This document shows positions 14,901 to 31,199 of a stretch of DNA of 64,000 nucleotides, in pieces. The stretch lies in NCBI GenBank assembly GCA_026770705.1, contig JANJGN010000016.1, positions 86,800,001 to 86,864,000 of the forward strand, read 5' to 3'. The notes under the pieces are model-generated. The model was given only the letters and a program-made list of their open reading frames with translations, searched no databases and had not been told where the DNA came from. Numbering within the stretch: position 1 is the stretch's first letter; each line of letters opens with the position of its first letter. The position numbers and the translations under genes are program-made. Source of the DNA: Isurus oxyrinchus (lineage: Eukaryota).

Positions 14901-17900
14901 TGTTTACACATGATCTCTTCTACATGTGATCTCTGAATAGTATTTAGCAACAACTATTTTACACATGATCTCTTCTACACGTGATCTCTGAATAGTATTT
15001 AGCATCAGCTACTTTACACGTGATCTCTTCTACACATGTTCTCTGAATAGTATTTAGCATCAGATAGTTTATACGTGATCTCTTCTACATGTTATCACTG
15101 AATAGTATTTAGCATCAGCTACTTTACACATGATCCTTTCTACATGTGATCTCATCTGCACATGATCTCCGAATAGTATTTAGCATCATATAGTTTACAC
15201 ATGATATCTTCTACACCTGATATCTGAATAGTATTTAGCTCCAGCCAATTTACTCGTGATCTCTTCCACACAAGATCTCTGAAGAGTATTTAGCTTCAGC
15301 TATCTTACACATAATCTCTTCCACACATGATCTCTTCTGCACCTGATCTCTGAATAGTATTTTGCATCAGCTACTTTATACATGATCTCTTCTACACGTG
15401 ATCTCTGAATACTATTTAGAATCAGATAGTGTACACGTGAGCCCTTCTACATGTGATCTCAGAATAGTATTTAGTATCAGCTAATTTACACGTGATCTCT
15501 TCTTCACGTGATCTCTGAATAGTATTTAGCATCATCTACCTTTCACATGATCTCTTCTACACGTGTTCTCTGAATAGTATTTTGCATCAGCTAGTTAACA
15601 TGATCTCTTCTACATGTGTACTCTGAATAGTATTTGGCATCAGCTACTTTACACCTGATCTCTTCTACACGTGATCTATGAATAGTATTTAGCTTCAGCT
15701 ACTTTACACATGATCTCTTCTACACATGATCTCTGAATAGTATTTAGCATCAGCTTGTTTACACGTGATCTCTTCTGTACCTGATCTCTGAATAGTATTT
15801 AGCATCAGCTACTTTACACATGATCTCTTCTACATGTGATCTCTGAATAGTATTTAGCATCAGCTTGTTTACACGTGATCTCTTCTACATGTGATCGCTG
15901 AATATTATTTAGCATCAGCTACTTTACATGTGATCTCTTCTACACATGATCTCGGAATACCATTTAGCATCAGCTACTTTACACGTGATCTATTCTACAT
16001 GTGATCTCTGAATAGTATTTAGCATCAGCTTGTTTACACATGATCTCTTCTACATGTGATCGTTGAATATTATTTAGCATCAGCTACTTTACATGTGATC
16101 TCTTTTACACATGATCTCGGAATACCATTTAGCATCAGCTACTTTACACATGATCTCTTCTACATATGATCTCTGAATAGTATTTAGCACCAGCTACTTT
16201 ATACATGATCTCTTTACACGTGATCTCTGAATAGTATTCAGCATCAGCAAGTTTACACATGATCTCTTCTACATGTGATCTCTGAATAGTATTTAGCACC
16301 AGCTAGTTTACACGTGATCTCTTCTACACGTGATCTCAGAATAGAATTTAGCATCAGCTACTTTACACGTAATCCCTTCTACACATGATCTCTGAATAGT
16401 ATTTAGCACCAGCTACTTTACAAGTGATCTCTTCTACACGTGATCTCAGAATAGAATTTAGCATCAGCTACTTTCCACGTGATCCCTTCTACACATGATC
16501 TCTGAATAGTATTTAGCACCAGCTACTTTACACGTGATCCCTTCTACACGTGATCACCGAATAGAATTTAGCATCAGCTACTTTACACGTGATCCCTTCT
16601 ACACGTGATCACTGAATAGTATTTAGCATCAGCTACTTTACACATGATCTCTTCTACACATGATCTCTGAATATTATTTAGCATCAACTACTTTACTCGT
16701 GATCTCTTCTATATGTCATTACTGAATATTATTTAGCATCAGTTACTTTACACATGATCTCTTCTACACATGATCTCTGAATAGTATTTAGCACCAGCTA
16801 CTTTACACGTGATCTCTTCTACACGTGATCTCTGAATAGTGTTTAGCATCAGCTTATTTACACGCGATCTCTTCTACATGTGATCTCCGAATACTATTTC
16901 GCTTCAGCTAGTTTACACGTGATCTCTTCCACACATGATCTCTGAACGGTATTTTGCATCAGCTAGTTTACACGTGATCTCTTCTGCACCTGATCTCTGA
17001 ATAACATTTAGCATCAGCTAGTTAACGTGATCTTTTCAACACGTGTTCTCTGAATAGTATTTAGCATCAACTTGTTTTCACGTGATCTCTTCTACACGTT
17101 ATCTCTGAATAGTATTTAGCATCAGCTTGTTTTCACGTGATCTCTTCTACATGTGATCTGTGAATAGTATTTAGCATCCGCTACTTTACACGTGATCTCT
17201 TCTACACGTGATCTCAGAATAGAATTTAGCATCAGCTACTTTACACGTGATCTCTTCCACATGTGTTCTCTGAATAGTATTTAGCATCAGCTTGTTTTCA
17301 CGTGATCTCTTCTACATGTGATCTGTGAATAGTATTTAGCACCAGCTACTTTACACGTGATCCCTTCTACACGTGATCACTGAATAGAATTTAGCATCAG
17401 CTACTTTACACGTGATCCCTTCTACACGTGATCACTGAATATAATTTAGCATCAGTTACTTTACACATGATCTCTTCTACACGTGATCTCTGAATAGTAT
17501 TTAGCATCAGTTACTTTACACATGATCTCTTCTACACGTGATCTCGGAATAGTATTTAGCATCAGCTACTTTACACATGATCTCTTCTACACGTGATCTC
17601 TGAATAATACTTAGCATCAGCTAGTTTACACGTGATCTCTTCTACATGTGATCTCTGAATAGTATTTAGCATCAGCTACTTTACACGTGATCTCTTCTAC
17701 ACGTGATCTCTGAATAGTATTTAGCATCAGCTACTTTACACGTGATCTCTTCTACACGTGATCTCGGAATAGCATTTAGCATCAGCTACTTTACACGTGA
17801 TCTCTTCTACACTTGATCTCTGAATAGTATTTAGCTTCAGCTACTTTACACATGATCTCTTCTACATGTGATCTCGGAATAGTATTTAGCATCAGTTACT

Positions 17901-20900
17901 TTACACATCATTTCTTCCACACGTGACCTCTGAATAGTATTTAGCATCAGCTACTTTACACGTGAACTCTTCTACAGGTCACCTCTGAATATTATTTAGC
18001 ATCAACTACTTTACACGTGATCTCTTCTACACGTGATCTCTGAATAGTATTCAGCATCAGCTACTTTACACGTGATCTCTTCTACATGTGATCTCGGAAT
18101 AGTATTTAGCATCAGCTACTTTACACGTGATCTCTTCTACACATGATCTCAGAATAGTATTTAGCACCAGCTACTTTACACGTGATCTCTTCTACACGTG
18201 ATCTCTGAATAGTGTTTAGCATCAGCTTATTTACACGCGATCTCTTCTACACATGATCTCTGAATATAATTTAGCATCAGCGACTTTACACGTGATCCTT
18301 TCTACACGTGATCTCAGAATAGTATGTAGCATCAGGTAGCTTACACATGATCTCTTCCACACATGATCTCTGAACAGTATTTTGCATCAGCTTGTTTACA
18401 GGTGATCTGTTCTACACGTGATCTCTGGACAGTATTTAGCATCAGCTACTTTACACATGATCCCTTCTACATGTGATCACTGAATAGAATTTAGCATTAG
18501 CAACTTTACACGTGATCCCTTCTACACGTGATCACTGAATATTATTTAGCATCAGTTACTTTACACATGATCTCTTCTACACGTGATCTCTGAATAGTAT
18601 TTAGCATCAGTTACTTTACACATGATCTCTTCTACACGTGATCTCGGAATAGTATTTAGCATCAGCTACTTTACACGTGATCTCTTCTACACGTGATCTC
18701 TGAATAATACTTAGCATCAGCTAGTTTACACGTGATCTCTTCTACATGTGAACTCTGAATAGTATTTAGCATCAGCTACTTTACACGTGATCTCTTCTAC
18801 ACGTGATCTCGGAATAGCATTTAGCATCAGCTACTTTACACATGATCTCTTCTACACTTGATCTCTGAATAGTATTTAGCTTCAGCTACTTTACACATGA
18901 TCTCTTCTACATGTGATCTCGGAATAGTATTTAGCATCAGTTACTTTACATATCATTTCTTCCACACGTGACCTCTGAATAGTATTTAGCATCAGCTACT
19001 TTACACGTGAACTCTTCTACAGGTAATCTCTGAATATTATTTAACATCAACTACTTTACACGTGATCTCTTCTACACGTGATCTCTGAATAGTATTCAGC
19101 ATCAGCTACTTTACACGTGATCTCTTCTACATGTGATCTCGGAATAGTATTTAGCATCAGCTACTTTACACGTGATCTCTTCTACACGTGATCTCTGAAT
19201 AGTATTTAGCATCAGCTTATTTACACGCGATCTCTTCTACACATGATCTCTGAATATAATTTAGCATCAGAGACTTTACTCGTGATCCTTTCTACACGTG
19301 ATCTCAGAATAGTATGTAGCATCAGGTAGCTTACACATGATCTCTTCCGCACATGATCTCTGAACAGTATTTTGCATCTGCTTGTTTACAGGTGATCTGT
19401 TCTACACGTGATCTCTGAACAGTATTTAGCATCAGCTACTTTACACATGATCCCTTTTACACGTGATCACTGAATAGAATTTAGCATCAGTTACTTAACA
19501 CATGATCTCTTCTACACTTGATCTCTGAATAGTATTTAGCTTCAGCTACTTTACACATGATCTCTTCTACATGTGATCTCGGAATAGTATTTAGCATCAG
19601 TTACTTTACTCATCATTTCTTCCACACGTGACCTCTGAATAGTATTTAGCATCAGCTACTTTACACGTGAACTCTTCTACAGGTCATCTCTGAATATTAT
19701 TTAGCATCAACTACTTTACACGTGATCTCTTCTACACGTGATCTCTGAATAGTATTCAGCATCAGCTACTTTACACGTGATCTCTTCTACATTTGATCTC
19801 GGAATAGTATTTAGCATCAGCTACTTTACACGTGATCTCTTCTACACATGATCTCAGAATAGTATTTAGCACCAGCTACTTTACACGCGATCTCTTCTAC
19901 ACATGATCTCTGAATATAATTTAGCATCAGCGACTTTACACGTGATCCTTTCTACACGTGATCTCAGAATATTATGTAGCATCAGGTAGCTTCCACATGA
20001 TCTCTTCCACACATAATCTCTGAACAGTATTTTGCATCAGCTTGTTTACAGGCGATCTGTTCTACACGTGATCTCTGAACAGTATTTAGCATCAGCTACT
20101 TTACACATGATCCCTTTTACACGTGATCACTGAATAGAATTTAGCATCAGCTACTTTACACATGATCTCTTTTACACGTGATCACTGAATATAATTTAGC
20201 ATCAGTTACTTAACACATGATCTCTTCTACATGTGATCTCTGAATAGTATTTAGCATCAGTTACTTTACACATGATTTCTTCCACACGTGATCTCTGAAT
20301 AGTATTTAGCATCAGCTACTTTACACGTGAAATCTTCTACAGGTCATCTTTGAATATTATTTAGCATCAACTACTTTACACGTGATCTCTTCTACACGTG
20401 ATCTCTGAATAGTATTCAGCATCAGCTACTTTACACATGATCTCTTCTACACGTGATCTCTGAATAGTATTTAGCATCAGCTTATTACACGCAATCTCTT
20501 CTACACATGATCTCTGAATATAATTTAGCATCAGCGACTTTACACGTGATCCTTTTTACACGTGATCTCAGAATAGTATGTAGCATCAGGTAGCTTCCAC
20601 ATGATCTCTTCCACACATAATCTCTGAACAGTATTTTGCATCAGCTTGTTTACAGGTGATCTGTTCTACACGTGATCTCTGAACAGTATTTAGCATCAGC
20701 TACTTTACACATGATCCCTTTTACACGTGATCACTGAATAGAATTTAGCATCAGTTACTTAACACATGATCTCTTCTACACTTGATCTCTGAATAGTATT
20801 TAGCATCAGCTACTTTACACATGATCTCTTCTACATGTGATCTCTGAATAGTATTTAGCATCAGCTTGTTTACACGTGATCTCTTCTACACATGATATGG

Positions 20901-23900
20901 GAATAGTATTTAGCATCAGCAACTTTACTCGTGATCTCTTCAACACAATATCTCTGACTAGTATTTAACTTCAGCTATCTTACACATGATGTCTTCTACA
21001 CGTGATCACTTCTACACCTAATCTCTGAATAGTATTTAACATCATATAGGTTACACATGATCTCTTCTATACCTGATCTCTGAATAGTATTTAGCTTCAG
21101 CTATCTTACACATAATCTCTTCTACACATGATCACTTCTACACCTGATCTCTGAACAGTATTTTGCATCAGTTACTTAACACGTGATCTCTTCTACACGT
21201 GATCTCAGAATAGTATTTAGCACAGATAGTTTACACATGATCTCTTCTACACGTGTTCTCTAAGTAGTATTTAGCATCAGCTACTTTACATGTGATCTCT
21301 TCTACACGTTATCTCTGAATAGTATTTAGCATCAGCTACTTTACACGTGATCTCGTCTACACATGATCTCTGAATAGTATTTAGCACAGATAGATTACAC
21401 GTGATCTCTTCTACACGTGATCTCTCAATAGTATTTAGCATCAGTTACTTTACACGTGATCTCTTCTACACATGATCTCTGAATAGTATTAGCATCAGCT
21501 ACTTTACACGTGATCTCTTCTATATGTGATCTCTGAATAGTATTTTGCTTCAGCTAGTTTACACGTGATCTCTTCTACACGTTATCACTGAATAGTATTT
21601 AGCATCATATAGTTTACACATGATCTCTTCTACACCTGATCTCTGAATAGTATTTAGCTTCAGCTAGTTTACACATGATCTCTTCTACACGTGATCTCTG
21701 TATAGTATTTAGCATCATATAGTTTACACATGATCTCTTCTACACGTGATCTCTGAATAGTATTTTGCTTCAGCTAGTTTACACATGATCTCTTCTACAC
21801 GTTATCACTGAATAGTATTTAGCATCATATAGTTTACACACGATCTCTTCTACACCTGATATCTGAATAGTATTTAGCTTCAGCCAATTTACTCGTGATC
21901 TCTTCCACACAAGATCTCTGAATAGTATTTAGCTTAGCTATCTTACACATAATCTCTTCTACACATGATCTCTTCTGCACCTGATCTCTGAATAGTATTT
22001 TGCATCATCTACTTAACACATGATCTCTTCTACACGTGATCTCTGAATACTATTTAGCATCAGATAGTGTACACGTGATCTCTTCTACATGTGATCTCTG
22101 AATACTATTTAGCATCAGATAGTGTACACGTGATCTCTTCTGCACCTGATCTCTGAATAGTCTTTTGCATCAGCTACTTAACACATGATCTCTTCTACAC
22201 GTGATCTCTGAATAGTACTTAGCAACAGCTTGTTTACACATGATCTCTTCTACATGTGATCTCTGAATAGTATTTTGCATCAACTAATTTACACGTGATA
22301 TCAGAATACTATTTAGCTTCAGCAACATTACTCGTAATCTCTTCAACACAATATCTCTGACTAGTATTTAACTTCAGCTATCTTACACATGATCTCTTCT
22401 ACAAGTGATCACTTCTACACCTGATCTCTGAATAGTATTTTGCATCAGTTACTTACCACATGATCTCTTCTACACGTGACCTCTGAATATTATTTAGCAC
22501 CAGCTAGTTTACACGTGATCTCTTCTACATGTGATCTCTGAATAGTATTTAGCATCAGCTACTTTACACGTGATCTCTTCTACACGTGATCTCTGAATAG
22601 TATTTAGCATCAGCTACTTTACACATGATTTCATCCACACGTGATCTCTGAATATTATTTAGCAGCAGCGACTTTACACGTGATCTCTTCTACACGTGGT
22701 CACTGAATAGAATTTAGCATTAGTTACTTTACACATGATCTCTTCTACATGTCATTTCTGAATATTATTTAGCATCAGCTTATTTACACGTGATCTCTTC
22801 TACACATGATCTCTGAATATAATTTAGCATCAGCTACATTACACATGATCCTTTCTACACGTGATCTCGGAATAGTATGTAGCATCAGCTAGTTTAGACG
22901 TGAACAATTCTACACATGATATCTGAATACTATTTAGCTTCAGCTTGTTTACACGTGATGTCTTCTACACGTGATCTCTGAATAGTATTTAGCATCAGAT
23001 AGTTTACATGTGATCTCTTCTACACCTGATCACTGAATAGTATTTAGCACCAGCTAGTTTACTAGTGATCTCTTCTACATGTGATCTCCGAATACTATTT
23101 CGCTTCAGCTAGTTTACACGTGATCTCTTCCACACATGATCTCTGAACAGTATTTTGCATCAGCTAGTTTACACGTGATCTCTTCTGCACCTGATCTCTG
23201 AATAACATTTAGCATCAGCTAGTTAACATGATCTCTTCGACACGTGTTCTCAGAATAGTATTTTGCATCAGCTACTTTACACCTGATCTCTTCTACACGT
23301 GATCTATGAATAGTATTTAGCTTCAGTTACTTTGCATGTGATCTCTTCTACACGTGATCTCTGAATAGTATTTAGCATCAGCTAGCTTACATTTGATCTC
23401 TTCTACACGTGATCTCTGCATAGTATTTAGCATCAGCTTGTTTACACATGATCTCTTCTATACATGATCTCTGAATAGTATTTAGCTTCAGTTACTTTAT
23501 ACATGATCTCTTCTACACGTGATCTCTGAATAGTATTTAGCATCAGCTAGCTTACATTTGATCTCTTCTACACGTGATCTCTGCATAGTATTTAGCATCA
23601 GCTTGTTTACACATGATCTCTTCTACATGTGATCTCTGAATAGTATTTAGCATCAGCTAATTTACACGTGATCTCTTCTACACGTGATCTCTGAATAGTA
23701 TTTAGCATCAGCTTGTTTACATGTGATCTCTTCTACACGTGATCTCTGAATAGTATTTAGCATCAGCTAGTTTACACGTGATCTCTTCTGCACGTGATCT
23801 CTGAACAGTATTTAGCATCAGCTACTTTACACGTGATCTCTTCTATACCTGATCTCTGCATAGTATTTAGCTTGTTTTCACGTGATCTCTTCTACACGTG

Positions 23901-26900
23901 ATCTCTGAATAGTGTTTAGCATCAGCTACTTTACACGTGATCTCTTCTACACATGATCTCAGAATAGTATGTAGCATCAGGTAGCTTACACGTGAACAAT
24001 TCTACACGTGATATCTGAATAGTATTTAGCTTCAGCTACTTTACATGTGATCTTTTCTACACTTGATCTCTGAATATAATTTAGCATCAGCTTGTTTACA
24101 CATGATCTCTTCCACACATGATCTCTGAACAGTATTTTGCATCAGCTTGTTTACAGGTGATCTGTTCCACACGTGATCTCTGAACAGTATTTAGCATCAG
24201 CTTGTTTACACATGATCTCTTCTACACGTGATCTCTGAACAGTATTTAGCATCAGCTTGTTTACACGTGATCTCTTCTACACGTGATCTCTGAACAGTAT
24301 TGAGCATCAGCTTGTTTACACATGATCTCTTCTACACGTGATCTCTGAATAGTATTTAGCATCAGCTTGTTTGCACGTGATCTCTTCTACACGTGATATC
24401 GGAATAGTATTTAGCATCAGCAACTCTACTCGTGATCTCTTCAACACAATATCTCTGACTAGAATTTAACTTCAGCTATCTTACACATGATGTCTTCTAC
24501 ACGTGATCACTTCTACACCTAATCTCTGAATAGTATTTAGCATCATATAGGTTACACATGATCTCTTCTATACCTGATCTCTGAACAGTATTTTGCATCA
24601 GTTACTTAACACGTGATCTCTTCTACACGTGATCTCAGAATAATATTTAGCACAGATAGTTTACACGTGATCTCTTCTACACGTGTTCTCTAAGTAGTAT
24701 TTAGCATCAGCTACTTTACACGTGATCTCGTCTACACGTGATCTCTGAATAGTATTTAGCATCAGCTACTTTACACATGATCTCTTCTACACATGATCAC
24801 TTCTACACCTGATCTCTGAACAGTATTTTGCATCAGTTACTTAACACGTGATCTCTTCTACACGTGATCTCAGAATAATATTTAGCACAGATAGTTTATA
24901 CGTGATCTCTTCTACACGTGTTCTCTAAGTAGTATTTAGCATCAGCTACTTTACACGTGATCTCTTCTACACATGATCTCTGAACAGTATTTAGCACAGA
25001 TAGATTACACGTGATCTCTTCTACACGTGTTCTCTAAGTAGTATTTAGCATCAGCTACTTTACACATTATCTCTTCTACACGTGATCTCTGAATAGTATT
25101 TAGCATCATCTAATTTATAAGTGATCTCTTCTACACGTGATCTCTGAATATTATCTAGCATCAGCTACTTTACACGTGATCTCTTCTATATGTGATCTCT
25201 GAATAGTATTTTGCTTCAGCTAGTTTACACGTGATCTCTTCTGCACGTTATCACTGAATAGTATTTAGCATCATATAATTTACACACGATCTCTTCTACA
25301 CCTGATATCTGAATAGTATTTAGCTTCAGCCAATTTATTCGTGATCTCTTCCACAAGAGATCTCTGAATAGTATTTAGTTTAGCTATCTTACACATAATC
25401 TCTTCTACACATGATCTCTTCTGCACCTGATCTCTGAATAGTATTTTGCATCAGCTACTTAACACATGATCTCTTCTACACGTGATCTCTGAATAGTACT
25501 TAGCATCAGCTTGTTTACACATGATCTCTTCTACATGTGATCTCTGAATAGTATTTAGCATCAGCTACTTTACACGTGATCTCTTCTACACGTGATCTCT
25601 GATTGGTATTTAGCATCAGCTTGTTTGCACGTGATCTCTTTACACATGATCTCTGAATATTATCTAGCATCAGCTACTTTACACGTGATCTCTTCTATAT
25701 GAGGTCTCTGAATAGTATTTTGCTTCAGCTAGTTTACACATGATCTCTTCTACACGTGATCTCTGAATAGTATTTAGCATCATATAGTTTACACATGATC
25801 TCTTCTACACGTGATCTCCGAATAGTATTTTGCTTCAGCCAATTTACTCGTGAGCTCTTCCACACGAGATCTCTGAATAGTATTTAGCTTCAGCTATCTT
25901 ACACATAATCTCTTCCACACGTGATCTCTTCTGCACCTGATCTCTGAATAGTATTTTGCATCAGCTACTTAACACATGATCTCTTCTACACGTGATCTCT
26001 GAATAGTACTTAGCATCAGCTTGTTTACACATGATCTCTTCTACATGTGATCACTGAATAGTATTTAGCATCAGCTTGTTTACACATGATCTCTTCTACA
26101 TGTGATCTCTGAATAGTATTTTGCATCAGCTAATTTCCACGTGATCTCTTCTACACGTGATATCGGAATACTATTTAGCTTCAGCAACATTACTCGTGAT
26201 CTCTTCAACACAATATATCTGACTAGTATTTAACATCAGCTATCTTACACATGATCTCTTCTACAAGTGATCACTTCTACACCTGATCTCTGAATAGTAT
26301 TTTGCATCAGTTACTTAACACATGATCTCTTCTACACGTGACCTCTGAATATTATTTAGCATCAGCTAGTTTACACGTGATCACTTCTACATGTGATCTC
26401 TGAATAGTATTTAGCATCATCTAATTTATAAGTGATCTCTTCTACACGTCATCTCTGAATATTATCTAGCATCAGCTACTTTACACGTGATCTCTTCTAC
26501 ACGTGATCTCTGAATAGTATTTAGCATCAGCTACTTTACACGTGATCTCTTCTACACGTGATCTCTGAAAACTATTTAGCATCAGCTACTTTACACGTGA
26601 TCTCTTCTCCACATGATCTCTGAAAACTATTTAGCATCATCTAGTTTTCACATGACCTCTTCTACATGTGATCTCTTAAGAGTATTTAGCATCAGCTTGT
26701 TTACATGTGATCTCTTCTACACGTGATCTCTGAATAGTATTTAGCATCAGCTAATTTACATGTGATATCTTCTACACGAGATCTCTGAATAGTATTTAGC
26801 ACCAGATAGTTTACACATGATCTCTTCTACACGTGATCACTGAATAGACTTTAGCATCAGCTGTTTTACACGTGATCTCTTCTGCACGTGTTGTCTGAAT

Positions 26901-29900
26901 AGTATTTAGCATCTGCGACTTTACACGTGATCTCTTCTACACGTGATCTATGAATAGTATTAGCTTCAGCTAATTTACACATGATCTCTTGTACACGTGA
27001 TCTCTGAATAGTATTTAGCCTCAGCTAATTTACACGTGATCTCTTCTACACGTGATCTCTGATTGGTATTTAGCATCAGCTTGTTTGCACGTGATCTCTT
27101 CTAAACGTGATCTCAGAATGGAATTTAGCATCAGCTACATTACACGTGATCTCTTCTAAACGTGATCTCAGAATAGAATTTAGCATCAGCTACATTACAC
27201 GTGATCTCTTCTACATGTGATCTGTGAATAGTATTTAGCATCAGCTACTTTACACGTGATCTCTTCTACACATGATCTCGGAATTGCATTTAACACCAGC
27301 TACTTTACGTGTGATCTCTTCCACATGTGATCTGTGAATAGTATTTAGCATCTGTTACTTTACACGTGATCTCTTCTACACATGATCTCAGAATAGCATT
27401 TAGCACCAGCTACTTTACACGTGATCTCTTCTACACATGATCTCTGAATAGTATTTAGCATCAGCTACTTTACACGTGATCCCTTCTACACGTGATCTCT
27501 TCTACATGTGATCTCTGAATAGTATTTAGCATCATCTAATTTATAAGTGATCTCTTCTACATGTCATCTCTGAATATTATCTAGCATCAGCTACTTTACA
27601 CGTGATCTCTTCTACACGTGATCTCTGAATAGTATTTAGCATCAGCTACTTTACACGTGATCTCTTGTACACGTGATCTCTGAAAACTATTTAGCATCAG
27701 CTACTTTACACGTGATCTCTTCTCCACATGATCTCTGAAAACTATTTAGCATCATCTAGTTTTCACATGACCTCTTCTACATGTGATCTCTTAAGAGTAT
27801 TTAGCATCAGCTTGTTTACATGTGATCTCTTCTACACGTGATCTCTGAATAGTATTTAGCATCAGCTAATTTACATGTGATATCTTCTACACGAGATCTC
27901 TGAATAGTATTTAGCACCAGATAGTTTACACATGATCTCTTCTACACGTGATCACTGAATAGACTTTAGCATCAGCTGTTTTACACGTGATCTCTTCTGC
28001 ACGTGTTGTCTGAATAGTATTTAGCATCTGCGACTTTACACGTGATCTCTTCTACACGTGATCTATGAATAGTATTAGCTTCAGCTAATTTACACATGAT
28101 CTCTTCTACACGTGATCTCTGAATAGTATTTAGCCTCAGCTAATTTACACGTGATCTCTTCTACATGTGATCTCTGAATAGTATTTAGCATCAGCTACTT
28201 TACACGTGATCTCTTCTACACGTGATCTCTGATTGGTATTTAGCATCAGCTTGTTTGCACGTGATCTCTTCTAAACGTGATCTCAGAATGGAATTTAGCA
28301 TCAGCTACATTACACGTGATCTCTTCTAAACGTGATCTCAGAATAGAATTTAGCATCAGCTACATTACACGTGATCTCTTCTACATGTGATCTGTGAATA
28401 GTATTTAGCATCAGCTACTTTACACGTGATCTCTTCTACACATGATCTCGGAATTGCATTTAACACCAGCTACTTTACGCGTGATCTCTTCCACATGTGA
28501 TCTGTGATTAGTATTTAGCATCTGTTACTTTACACGTGATCTCTTCTACACATGATCTCAGAATAGCATTTAGCACCAGCTACTTTACACGTGATCTCTT
28601 CTACACATGATCTCTGAATAGTATTTAGCATCAGCTACTTTACACGTGATCCCTTCTACACGTGATCACTGAATAGAATTTAGCATCAGTTACTTTACAC
28701 ATGATCTCTTCTACACGTGATCTCTGAATAGTATTTAGCATCAGCTACTTTACACATGATCTCTTCTACACATGATCTCTGAATAGTATTTAGCACCAGC
28801 TACTTTACACATGATCTCTTCTACATGTGATCTCGGAATAGTATTTAGCATCAGCTTGTTTACACATGATCTCTTCTACATGTGATCTCTGAATAGTATT
28901 TAGCATCAGCTAATTTATATGTGATCTCTTCTACACATGATCTCTGAATAGTATTTATCATCAGCTTGTTTACATGTGATCTCTTCTACACATGATCTCT
29001 GAATAGTATTTAGCATCATATAGGTTACACATGATCTCTTCTACATGTGATCTCGGAATATATTTAGCATCAGCTACTTTACACATGATCTCTTCTACAC
29101 GTGATCTCTGAATAGTATTTAGCATCATCTAATTTATACGTGATCTCTTCTACATGTCATCTCTGAATATTATCTAGCATCAGCTACTTTACACGTGATC
29201 TCTTCTATATGTGATCTCTGCATAGTGTTTAGCAACAACTACTATACACATGATCTCTTCTACACGTGATCTCTTCTACACGTGATCTCTGAATAGTATT
29301 TTGCCTCAACTCATTTACACGTGATCTCTTCTACAAATGATCTCTGAATAGTATTTAGCATCAGCTTGTTTACATGTGATCTCTTCTATACCTGATCTCT
29401 GAATAGTATTTAGCATCATATAGGTTACACATGATCTCTTCTATACCTGATCTCTGAATAGTATTTAGTTTAGCTATCTTACACATGATCTCTTCTGCAC
29501 CTGATCTCTGAATAGTATTTTGCATCATCTGCTTAACACATGATCTCTTCTACACGTGATCTCTGAATAGTATTTAGCATCAGCTTGTTTACACATGATC
29601 TCTTCTACATGTGATCTCTGAATAGTATTTAGCATCAGCTAATTTACACGTGATCTCTTCTACACATGATCTCTGAATAGTATTTATCATCAGCTTGTTT
29701 ACATGTGATCTCTTCTACATGTGATCTCTGAATAGTATTTAGCTTCAGCTAATTTACACATGATCTCTTCTACACGTGTTCTCTGAATAGTATTTAGCAT
29801 CAGCTACTTTACACATGATCTCTTCTACACGTGTTCTCTGAATAGTATTTAGCATCAGCTACTTTACACATGATCTCTTCTACACGTGTTCTCTGAATAG

Positions 29901-31030
29901 TATTTAGCATCAGCTACTTTACACATGATCTCTTCTATACCTGATCTCTGAATAGTATTTAGCATCAGCTACTTTACACATGATCTCTTCTACACGTGAT
30001 CTCTGAATGGTATTTAGCATCAGCTACTTTACACATGATCTCTTCTACACGTGATCTCTGAATAGTATTTAGCATCAGCTACTTTACACGTGATCTCTTC
30101 TAAACGTGATCTCAGAATAGAATTTAGCATCAGCTACATTACACGTGATCTCTTCTACACATGATCTCGGAATTGAATTTAACACCAGCTACTTTACACG
30201 TGATCTCTTCCACATGTGATCTGTGAATAGTATTTAGCATCAGTTACTTTACACGTGATCCCTTCTACACATGATCTCGGAATAGTATTTAGCACCAGCT
30301 ACTTTACACGTGATCTCTTGTACACGTGATCTCTGAATAGTATTTAGCATCAGCTACTTTACACGTGATCCCTTCTACATGTGATCACTGAATAGAATTT
30401 AGCATCAGTTACTTTATACATGATCTCTTCTAAACGTGATCTCTGAATAGAATTTAGCATCAGCTACTTTACACATGATCTCTTCTACATGTGATCTCGG
30501 AATAGTATTTAGCATCAGCTACTTTACACGTGATCTCTTCTACACGTGATCTCTGAATAGTATTTAGCATCAGTTACTTTACACGTGATCTCTTCTACAT
30601 GTGATCTCTGAATAGTATTTAGCATCAGCTACTTTACACGTGATCTCTTCTACACGTGATCTCTGAATAGTATTTAGCATCAGCTTGTTTACATGTGATC
30701 TCTTCTACATGTCATCTCCGAATATTATTTAGCTTCGGCTAGTTTACACATGATCTCTTCTATACGTGATCTCTGAATATTATTTTGTATCAGTTGGTTT
30801 CACACGTGATCTCTTCTAAATGTGATCTCTGAATAGTATTTAGCATCAGATAGTTTACACGTGATCTCTTCTACACGTGATCTCTTCTACATGTGATCTC
30901 GGAATAGTATTTAGCATCAGCTACTTTACATGTGATCTCTTCTACATGTGATCTCTGAATAGTATTTAGCATCAGCTTGTTTACACGTGATCTCTTCTAC
31001 ACGTGATCTCTGAATAGTATTTAGTATCCA
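11934..31030. repeat. 55-bp tandem satellite (TGAATAGTATTTAGCATCAGCTACTTTACACGTGATCTCTTCTACACGTGATCTC), ~345 copies
   Basis: 55-bp periodicity with an internal 16-bp sub-repeat carrying CACGTG. No ORFs in the track. Internal kb-scale duplications. Confidence 0.98.
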
Positions 31031-31199
31031 ACACGAGCTCTCTGACATTAAACCCCCAGGTTAAGGGACCCTCTATCTCGCACAGAGCACCGTATAGTAT
31101 CTAATTCTAGAGTCCGCTGTCACACTCAACAATTATCCTGACAACTCCCAGAGCATCATCTGGGGTAACTCCGGGGTGCAGAGAATGGGAGGTCATGGG

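Noticed and set aside
1-31030. CRISPR-like appearance of regularly spaced repeats
   Set aside because: Units are head-to-tail with no unique spacers, there are no cas genes, and the context is vertebrate.
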